Assembly (NCBI RefSeq): GCF_009914755.1
Contig: NC_060927.1
DNA length: 64,000 nt
Direction: 5' to 3' (one strand)
DNA from: the human T2T-CHM13v2.0 reference genome, Homo sapiens
The notes under the pieces were generated by a model. That model did no database searches. It saw only the letters and a list, made by a program, of their open reading frames with translations, and was not told the origin of the DNA. Positions 17,001 through 33,400 of the stretch are shown in pieces. Position numbers and translations under genes: made by a program. Within the stretch, counting starts at the first letter, position 1. The number at the start of each line of letters is the position of its first letter.

Positions 17001-20000
17001 ATATACTATAGATAAAATATCAAAGTACCCAAGGTATATATTCTATACTGTAAGAAAAATATCAAAGTACCCAAAGCATGTATTATATACTGTACATAAA
17101 ATATGAAAGTACATCAAATATATATTTTATTCTGTACATAAAATAACAAAGTACACCAGATATATATTTTATAGTGTACATAAAATATGAAATTACCCAA
17201 ACTATACATTACATACTGTACATAAAATATGGAATTACATCAAATATAAATTATATTAGGTACGTGAAATATGAAAGTACATCTAATATAGATTATATAC
17301 CATACATAAAATATAAAGGAACCCCAAATATATATGATATACTGTACATGAAATATCAAAGTTCAGAAACTATATATTATATACTGTAGATAAAATATCA
17401 AAGTACCCAAGGTATATATTCTATACTGTAAAAAAAATATCAAAGTACCCAAAGCATGTATTATATACTGTACATAAAATATGAAAGCACATCAAATATA
17501 TATTATATTAGGTACATAAAATATGAAAGTACATAAAATATAGATGATATACTGTACATAAAATATCAAAGTAGCCCAAATATATATTATACAGTGTACA
17601 TGAAATATCAAAATTTACAAAATATATATTATATAATGTACATAAAATATCAAAGTACCCAAAGCAAGTATTATATACTGTACATAAAAGATGAAAGTAC
17701 ATCAAATATATATTTTATTCTGTACATAAAATATCAAAGTACAACAGATATATATTTTATAGTGTACATAAAATATCAAGGTACCCAAACTATACATTAT
17801 GTACTGTACATAAAATATGAAATTACATCAAATATATATTATATTAGGTACGTAAAATATGAAAGTATATCAAAGATAGATTATATACTGTACATAATAT
17901 ATAAAAGAACCCCAAATATATATTATATACTGTACATGAAATATCAAAGTACACAAACTATATATTATATACTGTACATAAAATATCAAAGTACCCAAGG
18001 TATATATTCTATACTGTACAAAAATATCAAAGTACCCAAAGCATGTATTATATACTGTACATAAAATATGAAAGTACATCAAATATATATTTTATTCTGT
18101 ACATAAAATAACAAAGTACACCAGATATATATTTTATAGTGTACATAAAATATGAAATTACCCAAACTATACATTACATACTGTACATAAAATATGGAAT
18201 TACATCAAATATATATTATATTAGGTATGTAAAATATGAAAGTACATCAAATATAGATTATATACCATACATAAAATATAAAGGAACCCCAAATATATAT
18301 GATATACTGTACATGAAATATCAAAGTTCACAAACTATATATTATATACTGTAGATAAAATATCAAAGTACCCAAGGTATATATTCTATACTGTAAAAAA
18401 AATATCAAAGTACCCAAAGCATGTATTATATACTGTACATAAAATATGAAAGCACATCAAATATATATTATATTAGGTACATAAAATATGAAAGTACATA
18501 AAATATAGATGATATACTGTACATAAAATATCAAAGTAGCCCAAATATATATTATACAGTGTACATGAAATATCAAAATTTACAAAATATATATTATATA
18601 ATGTACATAAAATATCAAAGTACCCAAAGCAAGTATTATATACTGTACATAAAAGATGAAAGTACATCAAATATATATTTTATTCTGTACATAAAATATC
18701 AAAGTACACCAGATATATATTTTATAGTGTACATAAAATATCAAGGTACCCAAACTATACATTATATACTGTACATAAAATATGAAATTACATCAAATAT
18801 ATATTATATTAGGTACGTAAAATATGAAAGTACATCAAATATAGATTATATACTGTACATAATATATAAAAGAACCCCAACTATATATTATATACTGTAC
18901 ATGAAATATCAAAATACACAAACTATATATTATATACTGTACATAAAATATCAAAGTACCCAAGGTATATATTCTATACTGTACAAAAAATATCAAAGTA
19001 CCCAAAGCATGTATTATATACTGTACATAAAATATGAAAGTACATCAACTATATATTTTATTCTGTACATAAAATAACAAAGTACACCAGATATATATTT
19101 TATAGTGTACATAAAATATGAAATTACCCAAACTATACATTACATACTGTACATAAAATATGGAATTACATCAAATATATATTATATTAGGTACGTAAAA
19201 TATGAAAGTACATCAAATATAGATTATATACCATACATAAAATATAAAGGAACCCCAAATATATATGATATACTGTACATGAAATATCAAAGTTCACAAA
19301 CTATATATTATATACTGTACATAAAATATCAATGTACCCAAGGTATATATTCTATAGTGTACAAAAAATATCAAAGTACCCAAAGCATGTATTATATACT
19401 GTACCTAAAATATGAAAGTACATCAAATATATATTTTATTCTGTACATAAAATATCAAAGTACACGCAATATATATTCTATACTGTATATAAAATATAAA
19501 AGTACCCAAACTATACATTACATCCTTTACATAAAAGATGAGATTACATCAAAAATATATTATATTAGGTACGTAAAATATGAAAGTACATCAAATATAG
19601 ATTATATGCTGTACATAAAATACCAAAGTACCCCAAATATATATTTTATACTGTACATGAAATATCAAAGTTCTCAAACTATATATTATATACTGTACAT
19701 AAAATATCAAAGTACCCAAGTTATATATTCTATACTGTACCAAAAATATCAAAGTACCCAAAGCATGTATTATATGCTGTACATAAAATATGAAAGTACA
19801 TCAAATATATATTTTATTCTGTACATAAAATATCAAAGTACACCAAATATATATTCTATACTGTACATAAAATATCAAAATACCCAAACTATACAGTATA
19901 TACTGTACATAAAATATGAAATTACATCAAATATATATTATATTAGGTACATAAAATATGAAAGTACATCAAATATAGATTATATACTGTACATAAAATA

Positions 20001-20523
20001 TCAAAGTACCCAAATATATATTATATACTGTACATGAAATATCAAAGTTCACAAACTATATATTATATACTGTACATAAAATATCAAAGTACCCAAGGTA
20101 TATATTCTATACTGTACAAAAAATATCAAAGTACCCAAAGCATGTATTATATACTGTACATAAAATATGAAAGTACATCAAATATATATTTGATTCTGTA
20201 CATAAAATAACAAAGTACACCAGATATATATTTTATAGTGTACATAAAATATCAATGTACCCAAACTATACATTACATGCTGTACATAAAATATGAAATT
20301 ATATCAAATATATATTATATTAGGAACATAAAATATGAAAGTACAACAAATATAGATTATTAACTGTACATAAAATATCAAAGAACCCCAAATATATATT
20401 ATATACTGTACATGAGATATCAAACTTCACAAACTATATATTATATAGTGTACATAAAATATCAAAGTACCCAAGGTATATATTCTATACTGTACAAAAA
20501 ATATCAAAGTACCCAAAGCATGT
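11082..20523 (+). repeat. 9,442-bp super-higher-order repeat, copy 2
   Basis: Same ORF series and same indels as copy 1 at +9442; only a handful of substitutions noticed by eye. Confidence 0.93.
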
Positions 20524-23500
20524 ATTATATACTGTACATAAAAGATGAAATACATCAAATATATATTTCATTCTGTACATAAAATATCATAGTACACCAG
20601 ATATATATTTTATAGTGTACATAAAATATCAAAGTACCCAAACTATACATTATATACTGTACATAAAATATGAAATTACATCAAATATATATTATATAAG
20701 GTACGTAAAATATGAAAGTACATCAAATATAGATTATATACTGTACATAAAATGTAAAAGTACCCCAAATATATATTATATACTGTACATGAAATATCAA
20801 AACACACAAACTATATATTATATACTGTAGAAAAAATATCAAAGTATCCAAAGCAAGTATTATATACTGTACATAAAAGATGAAAGTACATCAAATATAT
20901 ATTTTATTCTGTACATAAAATATCAAAGTACACCAGATATATATTTTATAGTGTACATAAAATATCAAGGTACCCAAAGTATACATTATATACTGTACAT
21001 AAAATATGAAATTACATCAAATATATATTATATTAGGTACGTAAAATATGAAAGTACATCAAATATAGATTATATACTGTACATAAAATATAAAAGAACC
21101 CCAAATATATATTATATACTGTACATGAAATATCAAAATACAGAAACTATATATTATATACTGTACATAAAATATCAAAGTACCCAAGGTATATATTCTA
21201 TACTGTACAAAAAATATCAAAGTACCCAAAACATGTATTATATACTGTACATAAAATATGAAAGTATATCAAATACATATTTTATTGAGTACATAAAATA
21301 ACAAAGTACACCAGATATATATTTTATAGTGTACATAAAATATCAAAGTACCCAACTATACATTACATACTGTACATAAAATATGAAATTACATCAAATA
21401 TATATTATATTAGGAATATAAAATATGAAAGTACATCAAATATAGATTATATACTGTACATAAAAATCAAAGTACCCCAAATATATATTATATAGTGTAC
21501 ATGAAATATTAAAGTTCAGAAACTATATATTATATACTGTACATAAAAGATGAAAGTACATAAAATATATATGTTATTCTGTACATAAAGTATCAAAGTT
21601 CGCCAGATATATATTTTATAGTGTACATAAAATATCAAATACCGAAACTATACATTATATACTGTACATAAAATATGAAATTACATCAAATATATATTAT
21701 ATTAGTTACCTAAAATATGAAAGTACATCAAATATAGATTATTAACTGTACATAAAATACCAACGTAACTCAAATATATATTTTATACTGTACATGGAAT
21801 ATCAAAGTTCACAAACTATATATTATATACTGTACGTAAAATATCAAAGAACTCAAGGTATATATTCTATACTGTACAAATAATATCAAAGTACCCAAAG
21901 CATGTATTATATACTGTACATAAAATATGAAAGTACATCAAATATATATTTTATTCTGTACATAAGATATCAAAGTAAACCAAATATATATTCTATACTG
22001 TACATAAAATATCAAAGTACCCAAACTATACATTATATACTGTACATAAAATATGAAATTACATCCAATATATATTATATTAGTTACATAAAATATGAAA
22101 GTACATCAAATATAGATTATATACTGTACATAAAATACAAACGTACCCCAAATATATATTTTATACTGTACATGAAATATCAAAGTTCACAGACTGTATA
22201 TTATATACTGTACATAATATAACAAAGAACTCAAGGTATATATTCTATACTGTACAAAAAATATATAAGCACCCAAAGCATGTATTATATACTGTACATA
22301 AAACATGAAAGTACATCAAATATATATTTTATTCTGTACATAAGATATCAAAATAAACAAAATATATATTCTCTACTGTACATAAAATATCAAAGTACCC
22401 AAACTATATATTATGTACTGTACATAAAATATGAAATTACATAAATATATGTTATACTAGGTACATAAAATATGAAAGTACATCAAATATAGATTATATA
22501 CTGTACATAAAATACCAAAGTACCCCAAATATATATTTTATACTGTACATGAAATATCAAAGTTCACAAACTATATAGTATATACTGTACATAAAATAAC
22601 AAAGTACCCAAGGTATATATTCTATACTGTACAAAAAATATCAAAGTACCCAAAGCATGTATTATATACTGTACATAAAATATGAAAGTACATCAAATAT
22701 ATATTTTATTCTGTACAAAAGATATCAAAGTAAACCAAATATATATTCTATACTGTACATAAAATATCAAAGTACCCAAACTATACATTATATACTGTAC
22801 ATAAAATATGAAATTACATAATAATATATTATATTAGGTACATAAAATATGAAAGTACATCAAATATAGATTATATACTGTACATAAAATATCAAAGTAC
22901 CCCAAATATATATTATATACTGTACATGAAATATCAAAGTTCACAAAATATATAGTATATACTGTACATAAAATATCAAAGTACCCAAGGTATATATTCT
23001 ATACGGTACAAAAAATATCAAAGTACCCAAAGCATGTATTATATACTGTACATAAAATATGAAAGTACATCAAATATAGATTATATACTGTATATAAAAT
23101 ACCAAAGTACCCCAAATATATATTTTATACTGTACATGAAATATCAAAGTTCACAAACTATATAGTATATACTGTACATAAAATATGAATATACCCAAGT
23201 TATATATTCTATACTGTACAAAAAATATCAAAGTACCCATAGCATGTATTATATACTGTACATAATATATGAAAGTACATCAAATATATATTTTATTCTG
23301 TACATAAAATATAAAAGTAAAACAAATATATATTCCATACTGTACATAAAATATCAAATTACCCATACTATACATTATATACTGTACATAAAATATGAAA
23401 TTACATCAAATATATATTATATTAGGTACATAAAATATGAAAGTACATCAAATATAGATTATATACTGTACATAGAATACCAAAGTACCCCAAATATATA

Positions 23501-26500
23501 TTTTATACTGTACATGAAATATCAAATTTCACAAAGTATATATTATATACTCTACATAAAATATCAAGGTACCCAAGTCATATATTCTATGCTGTACAAA
23601 AAATATCAAGGTACCCAAATCATGTATTAAATACTGTACAAGAAATATGAAAGTACGTCAAATATATATTTTATTCTGTACATAAAATATCAAAGTACAC
23701 CAAATATATATTCTACAGTGTACATAAAATATCAAAGTACCCAAACTATACATTATATACTGTACATAAAATATGAAATTACATCAAATATATATTATAT
23801 TAGGTACATAAAATACGAAAGTTCATCAAATATAGATTATATACTGTACATAAAATATCAAAGTACCCCAAATATATATTATATTCTGTACATGAAATAT
23901 CAAAGATCACAAACTATATATTATATACTGCACATAAAATATCAAAGTACCCAAGGTATATATTCTATACTGTACAAAAAATATCAAAGTACCCAAAGCA
24001 TGTATTATATACTGTACATAAAAGATGAAAGTACATCAAATATATATGTTATTCTGTACATAAAATATCAAAGTACACCAGATATATATTTTATAGTGTA
24101 CATAAAATATCAAAGTACCCAAACTATACATTATATACTGTACATAAAATATGAAATTACATCAAATATATATTATATTAGGTACATAAAATATGAAAGT
24201 ACATCAAATATAGATTATTAACTGTACATAAAATATCAAAGAACCCCAAATATATATTATATACTGTACATGAGATATCAAACTTCACACACTATATATT
24301 ATATACTGTACATAAAATATCAAAGTACCCAAGGAATATATTCTATACTGTACAAAAAATATCAAAGTACCCAAAGCATGTATTATATACTGTACATAAA
24401 AGATGAAAGTACATCAAATATATATTTTATTCTCTACATAAAATATCAAAGTACACCAAATATATATTCTATAGTGTACATAAAATATCAAAGTACCCAA
24501 ACTATACATTCTATACTGTACATAAAATATGAAATTACATCAAATATATATTATATTAGGTACATAAAATATGAAAGTACATCAAATATAGATTATATAC
24601 TGTACATAAAATATCAAAGTACCCCAAATATATATTATATATTGTACATGAAATATCAAAGTTCACAAACTATATAGTATATACTGTACATAAAATATCA
24701 AAGTACCCAAGGTATATATTCTATACTGTACAAAAAATATCAAAGTACCCAAAGCATGTATTATATACTGTACATAAAATATGAAAGTACATCAAATATA
24801 TATTTTATTCTGTACATAAAATATCAAAGTACACCAGATATATATTTTATAGTGTACATAAAATATCAAAGTACCCAAACTATACATTATATACTGTACA
24901 TAAAATATGAAATTACATCAAATATATATTATATTAGGTACATAAAATACGAAAGTACATCAAATATAGAATATATACTGTACATAAAATATCAAAGTAC
25001 CCCAAATATATATTATATACTGTACATGAAATATCAAAGTTTGCAAACTATATATTATATACTGTACATAAAATATCAAAGTACCCAAGGTATATATTCT
25101 ATACTGTACAAAAAATATCAAAGTATCCAAAGCATGTATTATACACTGTACATAAAATATGAAAGTACATCAAATATATATATTATTCTGTACATAAAAT
25201 ATCAAAGTACACCAGATATATATTTTATAGTGTACATAAAATATCAAAGTACCCAAACTATACATTATATACTGTACATAAAATATGAAAGTACATCAAA
25301 TATATATTATATTAGTTACCTAAAATATGAAAGTACATCAAATATAGATTATATGCTGTACACAAAATATCAAAGTACCCCAAATATATATTATATACTG
25401 TATATGAAATATCAAAGTTCACAAACTATATATTATATACTGTACATAAAATATCAAAGTACGCAAGGTATATATTCTATACTGTACAAAAAATATCAAA
25501 GTACCCAAAGCATGTATTATATACTGTACATAAAATATGAAAGTACATCAAATATATATTTTATTCTGTACATAAAATATCAAAGTACACCAGATATATA
25601 TTTTATAGTGTACATAAAATATCAAAATACCGAAACTATACATTATATACTGTACATAAAATATGAAATTACATCAAATATATATTATATTAAGTACCTA
25701 AAATATGAAAGTACATCAAATATAGATTATTAACTGTACATAAAATATCAAAGAACCCCAAATATATATTATATTCTGTACATGAAATATCAAAGTTCAC
25801 AAACTATATATTATATACTGTACATAAAATATCAAAGTACCCAAGGTATATATTCTATACTGTACAAAAAATATCAAAGTACCCAAAGCATGTATTATAT
25901 ACTGTACATAAAATATGAAAGTACATCAAATATATATTATATTAGGTACGTAAAATATGAAAGTACATCAAATATAGATTATATACCATACATAAAATAT
26001 AAAGGAACCCCAAATATATATGATATACTGTACATGAAATATCAAAATACACAAACTGTATATTATATACTGTACATAAAATATCAAAGTACCCAAGGTA
26101 TATATTCTATACTGTACAAAAAATATCAAAGTACCCAAAGCATGTATTATATACCGTACATAAAATATGAAAGTACATCAAATATATATTTTATTCTGTA
26201 CATAAAATAACAAAGTACACCAGATATATATTTTATAGTGTACATAAAATATGAAATTACCCAAACTATACATTACATACTGTACATAAAATATGGAATT
26301 ACATCAAATATATATTATATTAGGTATGTAAAATATGAAAGTACATCAAATATAGATTATATACCATACATAAAATATAAAGGAACCCCAAATATATATG
26401 ATATACTGTACATGAAATATCAAAGTTCACAAACTATATATTATATACTGTAGATAAAATATCAAAGTACCCAAGGTATATATTCTATACTGTAAAAAAA

Positions 26501-27950
26501 ATATCAAAGTACCCAAAGCATGTATTATATACTGTACATAAAATATGAAAGCACATCAAATATATATTATATTAGGTACATAAAATATGAAAGTACATAA
26601 AATATAGATGATATACTGTACATAAAATATCAAAGTAGCCCAAATATATATTATACAGTGTACATGAAATATCAAAATTTACAAAATATATATTATATAA
26701 TGTACATAAAATATCAAAGTACCCAAAGCAAGTATTATATACTGTACATAAAAGATGAAAGTACATCAAATATATATTTTATTCTGTACATAAAATATCA
26801 AAGTACACCAGATATATATTTTATAGTGTACATAAAATATCAAGGTACCCAAACTATACATTATATACTGTACATAAAATATGAAATTACATCAAATATA
26901 TATTATATTAGGTACGTAAAATATGAAAGTACATCAAATATAGATTATATACTGTACATAATATATAAAAGAACCCCAACTATATATTATATACTGTACA
27001 TGAAATATCAAAATACACAAACTATATATTATATACTGTACATAAAATATCAAAGTACCCAAGGTATATATTCTATACTGTACAAAAAATATCAAAGTAC
27101 CCAAAGCATGTATTATATACTGTACATAAAATATGAAAGTACATCAACTATATATTTTATTCTGTACATAAAATAACAAAGTACACCAGATATATATTTT
27201 ATAGTGTACATAAAATATGAAATTACCCAAACTATACATTACATACTGTACATAAAATATGGAATTACATCAAATATATATTATATTAGGTACGTAAAAT
27301 ATGAAAGTACATCAAATATAGATTATATACCATACATAAAATATAAAGGAACCCCAAATATATATGATATACTGTACATGAAATATCAAAGTTCACAAAC
27401 TATATATTATATACTGTACATAAAATATCAATGTACCCAAGGTATATATTCTATAGTGTACAAAAAATATCAAAGTACCCAAAGCATGTATTATATACTG
27501 TACCTAAAATATGAAAGTACATCAAATATATATTTTATTCTGTACATAAAATATCAAAGTACACGCAATATATATTCTATACTGTATATAAAATATAAAA
27601 GTACCCAAACTATACATTACATCCTTTACATAAAAGATGAGATTACATCAAAAATATATTATATTAGGTACGTAAAATATGAAAGTACATCAAATATAGA
27701 TTATATGCTGTACATAAAATACCAAAGTACCCCAAATATATATTTTATACTGTACATGAAATATCAAAGTTCTCAAACTATATATTATATACTGTACATA
27801 AAATATCAAAGTACCCAAGTTATATATTCTATACTGTACCAAAAATATCAAAGTACCCAAAGCATGTATTATATGCTGTACATAAAATATGAAAGTACAT
27901 CAAATATATATTTTATTCTGTACATAAAATATCAAAGTACACCAAATATA
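20524..27950 (+). repeat. 9,442-bp repeat, copy 3: 1,343-bp internal deletion and 3' truncation
   Basis: ORFs 20615-25782 lie at +9442 from copy 2; from 26238 the offset is 8099 (18139 to 26238, 19105 to 27204). Sequence departs from the unit at about 27955. Confidence 0.9.
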
Positions 27951-27959
27951 TATTCTATA

Positions 27960-30270
27960 GTGTACATAAAATATCAAAGTACCCAAACTATACATTATAT
28001 ACTGTACATAAAATATGAAATTACATCAAATATATATTATATTAGGTACTTAAAATATGAAAGTACATCAAATATAGATTATATACTGTACATAAAACTT
28101 AAAAGTACCCCAAATATATATTATATACTGTACATGAAATATCAAAACACACAAACTATATATTATATACTGTAGAAAAAATATCAAAGTACCCAAAGCA
28201 AGTATTATATACTGTACATAAAAGATGAAAGTACATCAAATATATATTTTATTCTATACATAAAATATCAAAGTACACCAGATATATATTTTATAGTGTA
28301 CATAAAATATCAAGGTACCCAAACTATACATTATATACTGTACATAAAATATGAAATTACATCAAATATATATTATATTAGGTACATAAAATACGAAAGT
28401 ACATCAAATATAGATTATTAAGTGTACATAAAATATCAAAGAACCCCAAATATATATTATATACTGTACATGAAATATCAAAGTTCACAAACTATATATT
28501 ATATACTGTACATAAAATATCAAAGTACCCAAGGTATATATTCTATACTGTACAAAAAATATCAAAGTACCCAAAGCATGTATTATATACTGTACATAAA
28601 ATATGAAAGTACATCAAATATATATTTGATTCTGTACATAAAATAACAAAGTACACCAGATATATATTTTATAGTGCACATAAAATATCAAAGTACCCAA
28701 ACTATACATTACATGCTGTACATAAAATATGAAATTACATCAAATATATATTATATTAGGAACATAAAATATGAAAGTACATCAAATATAGATTATTAAC
28801 TGTACATAAAATATCAAAGAACCACAAATATATATTATATACTGTACATGAGATATCAAACTTCACAAACTATATATTATATACTGTACATAAAATATCA
28901 AAGTACCCAAGGTATATATTCTATACTGTACAAAAAATATCAAAGTACCCAAAGCATGTATTATATACTGTACATAAAAGATGAAAGTACATCAAATATA
29001 TATTTTATTCTGTACATAAAATATCAAAGTACACCAGATATATATTTTATAGTGTACATAAAATATCAAAGTACCCAAACTATACATTATATACTGTACA
29101 TAAAATATGAAATTACATCAAATATATATTATATTAGGTACGTAAAATATGAAAGTACATCAAATATAGATTATATACTGTACATAAAATGTAAAAGTAC
29201 CCCAAATATATATTATATACTGTACATGAAATATCAAAACACACAAACTATATATTATATACTGTAGAAAAAATATCAAAGTATCCAAAGCAAGTATTAT
29301 ATACTGTACATAAAAGATGAAAGTACATGAAATATATATTTTATTCTGTACATAAAATATCAAAGTACACGAGATATATATTTTATAGTGTACATAAAAT
29401 ATCAAGGTACCCAAAGTATACATTATATACTGTACATAAAATATGAAATTACATCAAATATATATTATATTAGGTACGTAAAATATGAAAGTACATCAAA
29501 TATAGATTATATACTGTACATAAAATATAAAAGAACCCCAAATATATATTATATACTGTACATGAAATATCAAAATACAGAAACTATATATTATATACTG
29601 TACATAAAATATCAAAGTACCCAAGGTATATATTCTATACTGTACAAAAAATATCAAAGTACCCAAAACATGTATTATATACTGTACATAAAATATGAAA
29701 GTATATCAAATACATATTTTATTGAGTACATAAAATAACAAAGTACACCAGATATATATTTTATAGTGTACATAAAATATCAAAGTACCCAACTATACAT
29801 TACATACTGTACATAAAATATGAAATTACATCAAATATATATTATATTAGGAATATAAAATATGAAAGTACATCAAATATAGATTATATACTGTACATAA
29901 AAATCAAAGTACCCCAAATATATATTATATAGTGTACATGAAATATTAAAGTTCAGAAACTATATATTATATACTGTACATAAAAGATGAAAGTACATAA
30001 AATATATATGTTATTCTGTACATAAAGTATCAAAGTTCGCCAGATATATATTTTATAGTGTACATAAAATATCAAATACCGAAACTATACATTATATACT
30101 GTACATAAAATATGAAATTACATCAAATATATATTATATTAGTTACCTAAAATATGAAAGTACATCAAATATAGATTATTAACTGTACATAAAATACCAA
30201 CGTAACTCAAATATATATTTTATACTGTACATGGAATATCAAAGTTCACAAACTATATATTATATACTGT
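27960..30270 (+). repeat. Copy of window positions ~640-2950 (offset 27,320/27,321)
   Basis: ORFs 1102/28422 and 2067/29388. Shared rare variants 'gattattaagtgtac', 'atagtgcaca' (1351/28671), 'accacaaata' (1501/28821), three 1-bp deletions, 'caacgtaactc', 'catggaatat'. Confidence 0.88.
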
Positions 30271-30449
30271 ACATAAAATATCAAAGTACCCAAGGTATAT
30301 ATTCTATACTGTACAAAAAATATCAAAGTACCCAAAGCATTTATTATATACTGTACATAAACTTTGAAAGTACATCAAATATATATTTTATTCTGTACAT
30401 AATATATCAAAGTACACCAAATATATATTCTATAGTGTACATAAAATAT

Positions 30450-33400
30450 CAAAGTACCCAAGCTATACATTATATACTGTACATAAAATATGAAATTACA
30501 TCAAATATATATTATATTAGGCACATAAAATATGAAAGTACATCAAATATAGATTATATGCTGTACAAAAAATATCAAAGTACCCCAAATATATATTATA
30601 TACTGTACATGAAATATCAAAGTTCACAAACTATATATTATATACTGTACATAAAATATCAAAGTACCCAAGGTATATGTTCTATACTGTACCAAAAATA
30701 TCAAAGTACCCAAAGCATGTATTATATACTGTACATAAAATATGAGAGTACATCAAATATATATTTTATTCTGTACATAAAATATCAAAGTACACCAGAT
30801 ATATATTTTATAGTGTACATAAAATATCAAAGTACCCAAACTACACATTATATACTGTACATAAAATATGAAATTACATCAAATATATATTATATTAGGT
30901 ACATAAAATATGAAAGTACATAAAATATAGATGATATACTGTACATAAAATATCAAAGTACACCAGATATATATTTTATCGTGTACATAAAATATCAAAG
31001 TACCCAAAGTATACATTATATACTGTACATAAAATATGAAATTACATCAAATATATATTATATTAGGTACCTAAAATATGAAATTACATCAAATATAGAT
31101 TATATACTGTACATAAAATATCAAAGAACCCCAAATATATATTATATACTGTACATGAAATATCAAACTTCACAAACTATATATTATATACTGTACATAA
31201 AATATCAAAGTACCCAAGGTATATGTTCTATACTGTACCAAAAATATCAAAGTACCCAAAGCATGTATTATATACAGTACATAAAATATGAGAGTACATC
31301 AAATATATATTTTATTCTGTACATAAAATATCAAAGTACACCAGATATATATTTTATAGTGTACATAGAATATCAAAGTACCCAAACTATACATTATATA
31401 CTGTACATAAAATATGAAATTACATCAAATATATATTATATTAGGTACATAAAATATGAAAGTACTTCTAGTATAGATTATATACTGTACATAAAATATC
31501 AAAGTACCCCAATTATATATTATATACTGTACATGAAATATCAAAGTTCACAAACTATATATTATATACTGTACATAAAATATCAAAGTACCCAAGGTAT
31601 ATATTCTATACTGTACAAAAAATATCAAAGTACCCAAAGCATGTATTATATACTGTACATAAACTTTGAAAGTACATCAAATATATATTTTATTCTGTAC
31701 ATAATATATCAAAGTACACCAAATATATATTCTATAGTGTACATAAAATATCAAAGTACCCAAACTATACATTATATACTGTACATAAAATATGAAATTA
31801 CATCAAATATATATTATATTAGGCACATAAAATATGAAAGTACATCAAATATAGATTATATGCTGTACAAAAAATATCAAAGTACCCCAAATATATATTA
31901 TATACTGTACATGAAATATCAAAGTTCACAAACTATATATTATATACTGTACATAAAATATCAAAGTACCCAAGGTATATATTCTATACTGTACAAAAAA
32001 TATCAAAGTACCCAAATCATGTATTATATACTGTACATAAAATATGAAAGTACATCAAATATATATTTTATTCTGTACATAAAATATCAAAGTACACCAA
32101 ATATATATTCTATAGTGTACATAAAATATCAAAGTACCCAAACTATACATTATATACTGTACATAAAATATGAAATTACATCAAATATATATTATATTAG
32201 GTACATAAAATATGAAAGTACATCAAATATAGATTATATACTGTACATAAAATACCAAAGTACCCCAAATATATATTTTATACTGTACATGAAATATCAA
32301 AGTTCACAAACTATATAGTATATACTGTACATAAAATATGAATATACCCAAGGTATATATTCTATACTGTACAATAAATATCAAAGTACCCAAAGCATGT
32401 ATTATATACTGTACATAAAATATGAAGGTACATCAAATATATATTTTATTCTGTACATAAAATATCAAAGTACACCAAATATATATTCTATAGTGTACAT
32501 AAAATATCAAAGTACCCAAGCTATACATTATATACTGTACATAAAATATGAAATTACATCAAATATATATTATATTAGGCACATAAAATATGAAACTACA
32601 TCAAATATAGATTATATGCTGTACAAAAAATATCAAAGTACCCCAAATATATATTATATACTGTACATGAAATATCAAAGTTCACAAACTATATATTATA
32701 TACTGTACATAAAATATCAAAGTACCCAAGGTATATGTTCTATACTGTACCAAAAATATCAAAGTACCCAAAGCATGTATTATATACTGTACATAAAATA
32801 TGAGAGTACATCAAATATATATTTTATTCTGTACATAAAATATCAAAGTACACCAGATATATATTTTATAGTGTACATAAAATATCAAAGTACCCAAACT
32901 ACACATTATATACTGTACATAAAATATGAAATTACATCAAATATATATTATATTAGGTACATAAAATATGAAAGTACATAAAATATAGATGATATACTGT
33001 ACATAAAATATCAAAGTACACCAGATATATATTTTATCGTGTACATAAAATATCAAAGTACCCAAAGTATACATTATATACTGTACATAAAATATGAAAT
33101 TACATCAAATATATATTATATTAGGTACCTAAAATATGAAATTACATCAAATATAGATTATATACTGTACATAAAATATCAAAGAACCCCAAATATATAT
33201 TATATACTGTACATGAAATATCAAACTTCACAAACTATATATTATATACTGTACATAAAATATCAAAGTACCCAAGGTATATGTTCTATACTGTACCAAA
33301 AATATCAAAGTACCCAAAGCATGTATTATATACAGTACATAAAATATGAGAGTACATCAAATATATATTTTATTCTGTACATAAAATATCAAAGTACACC

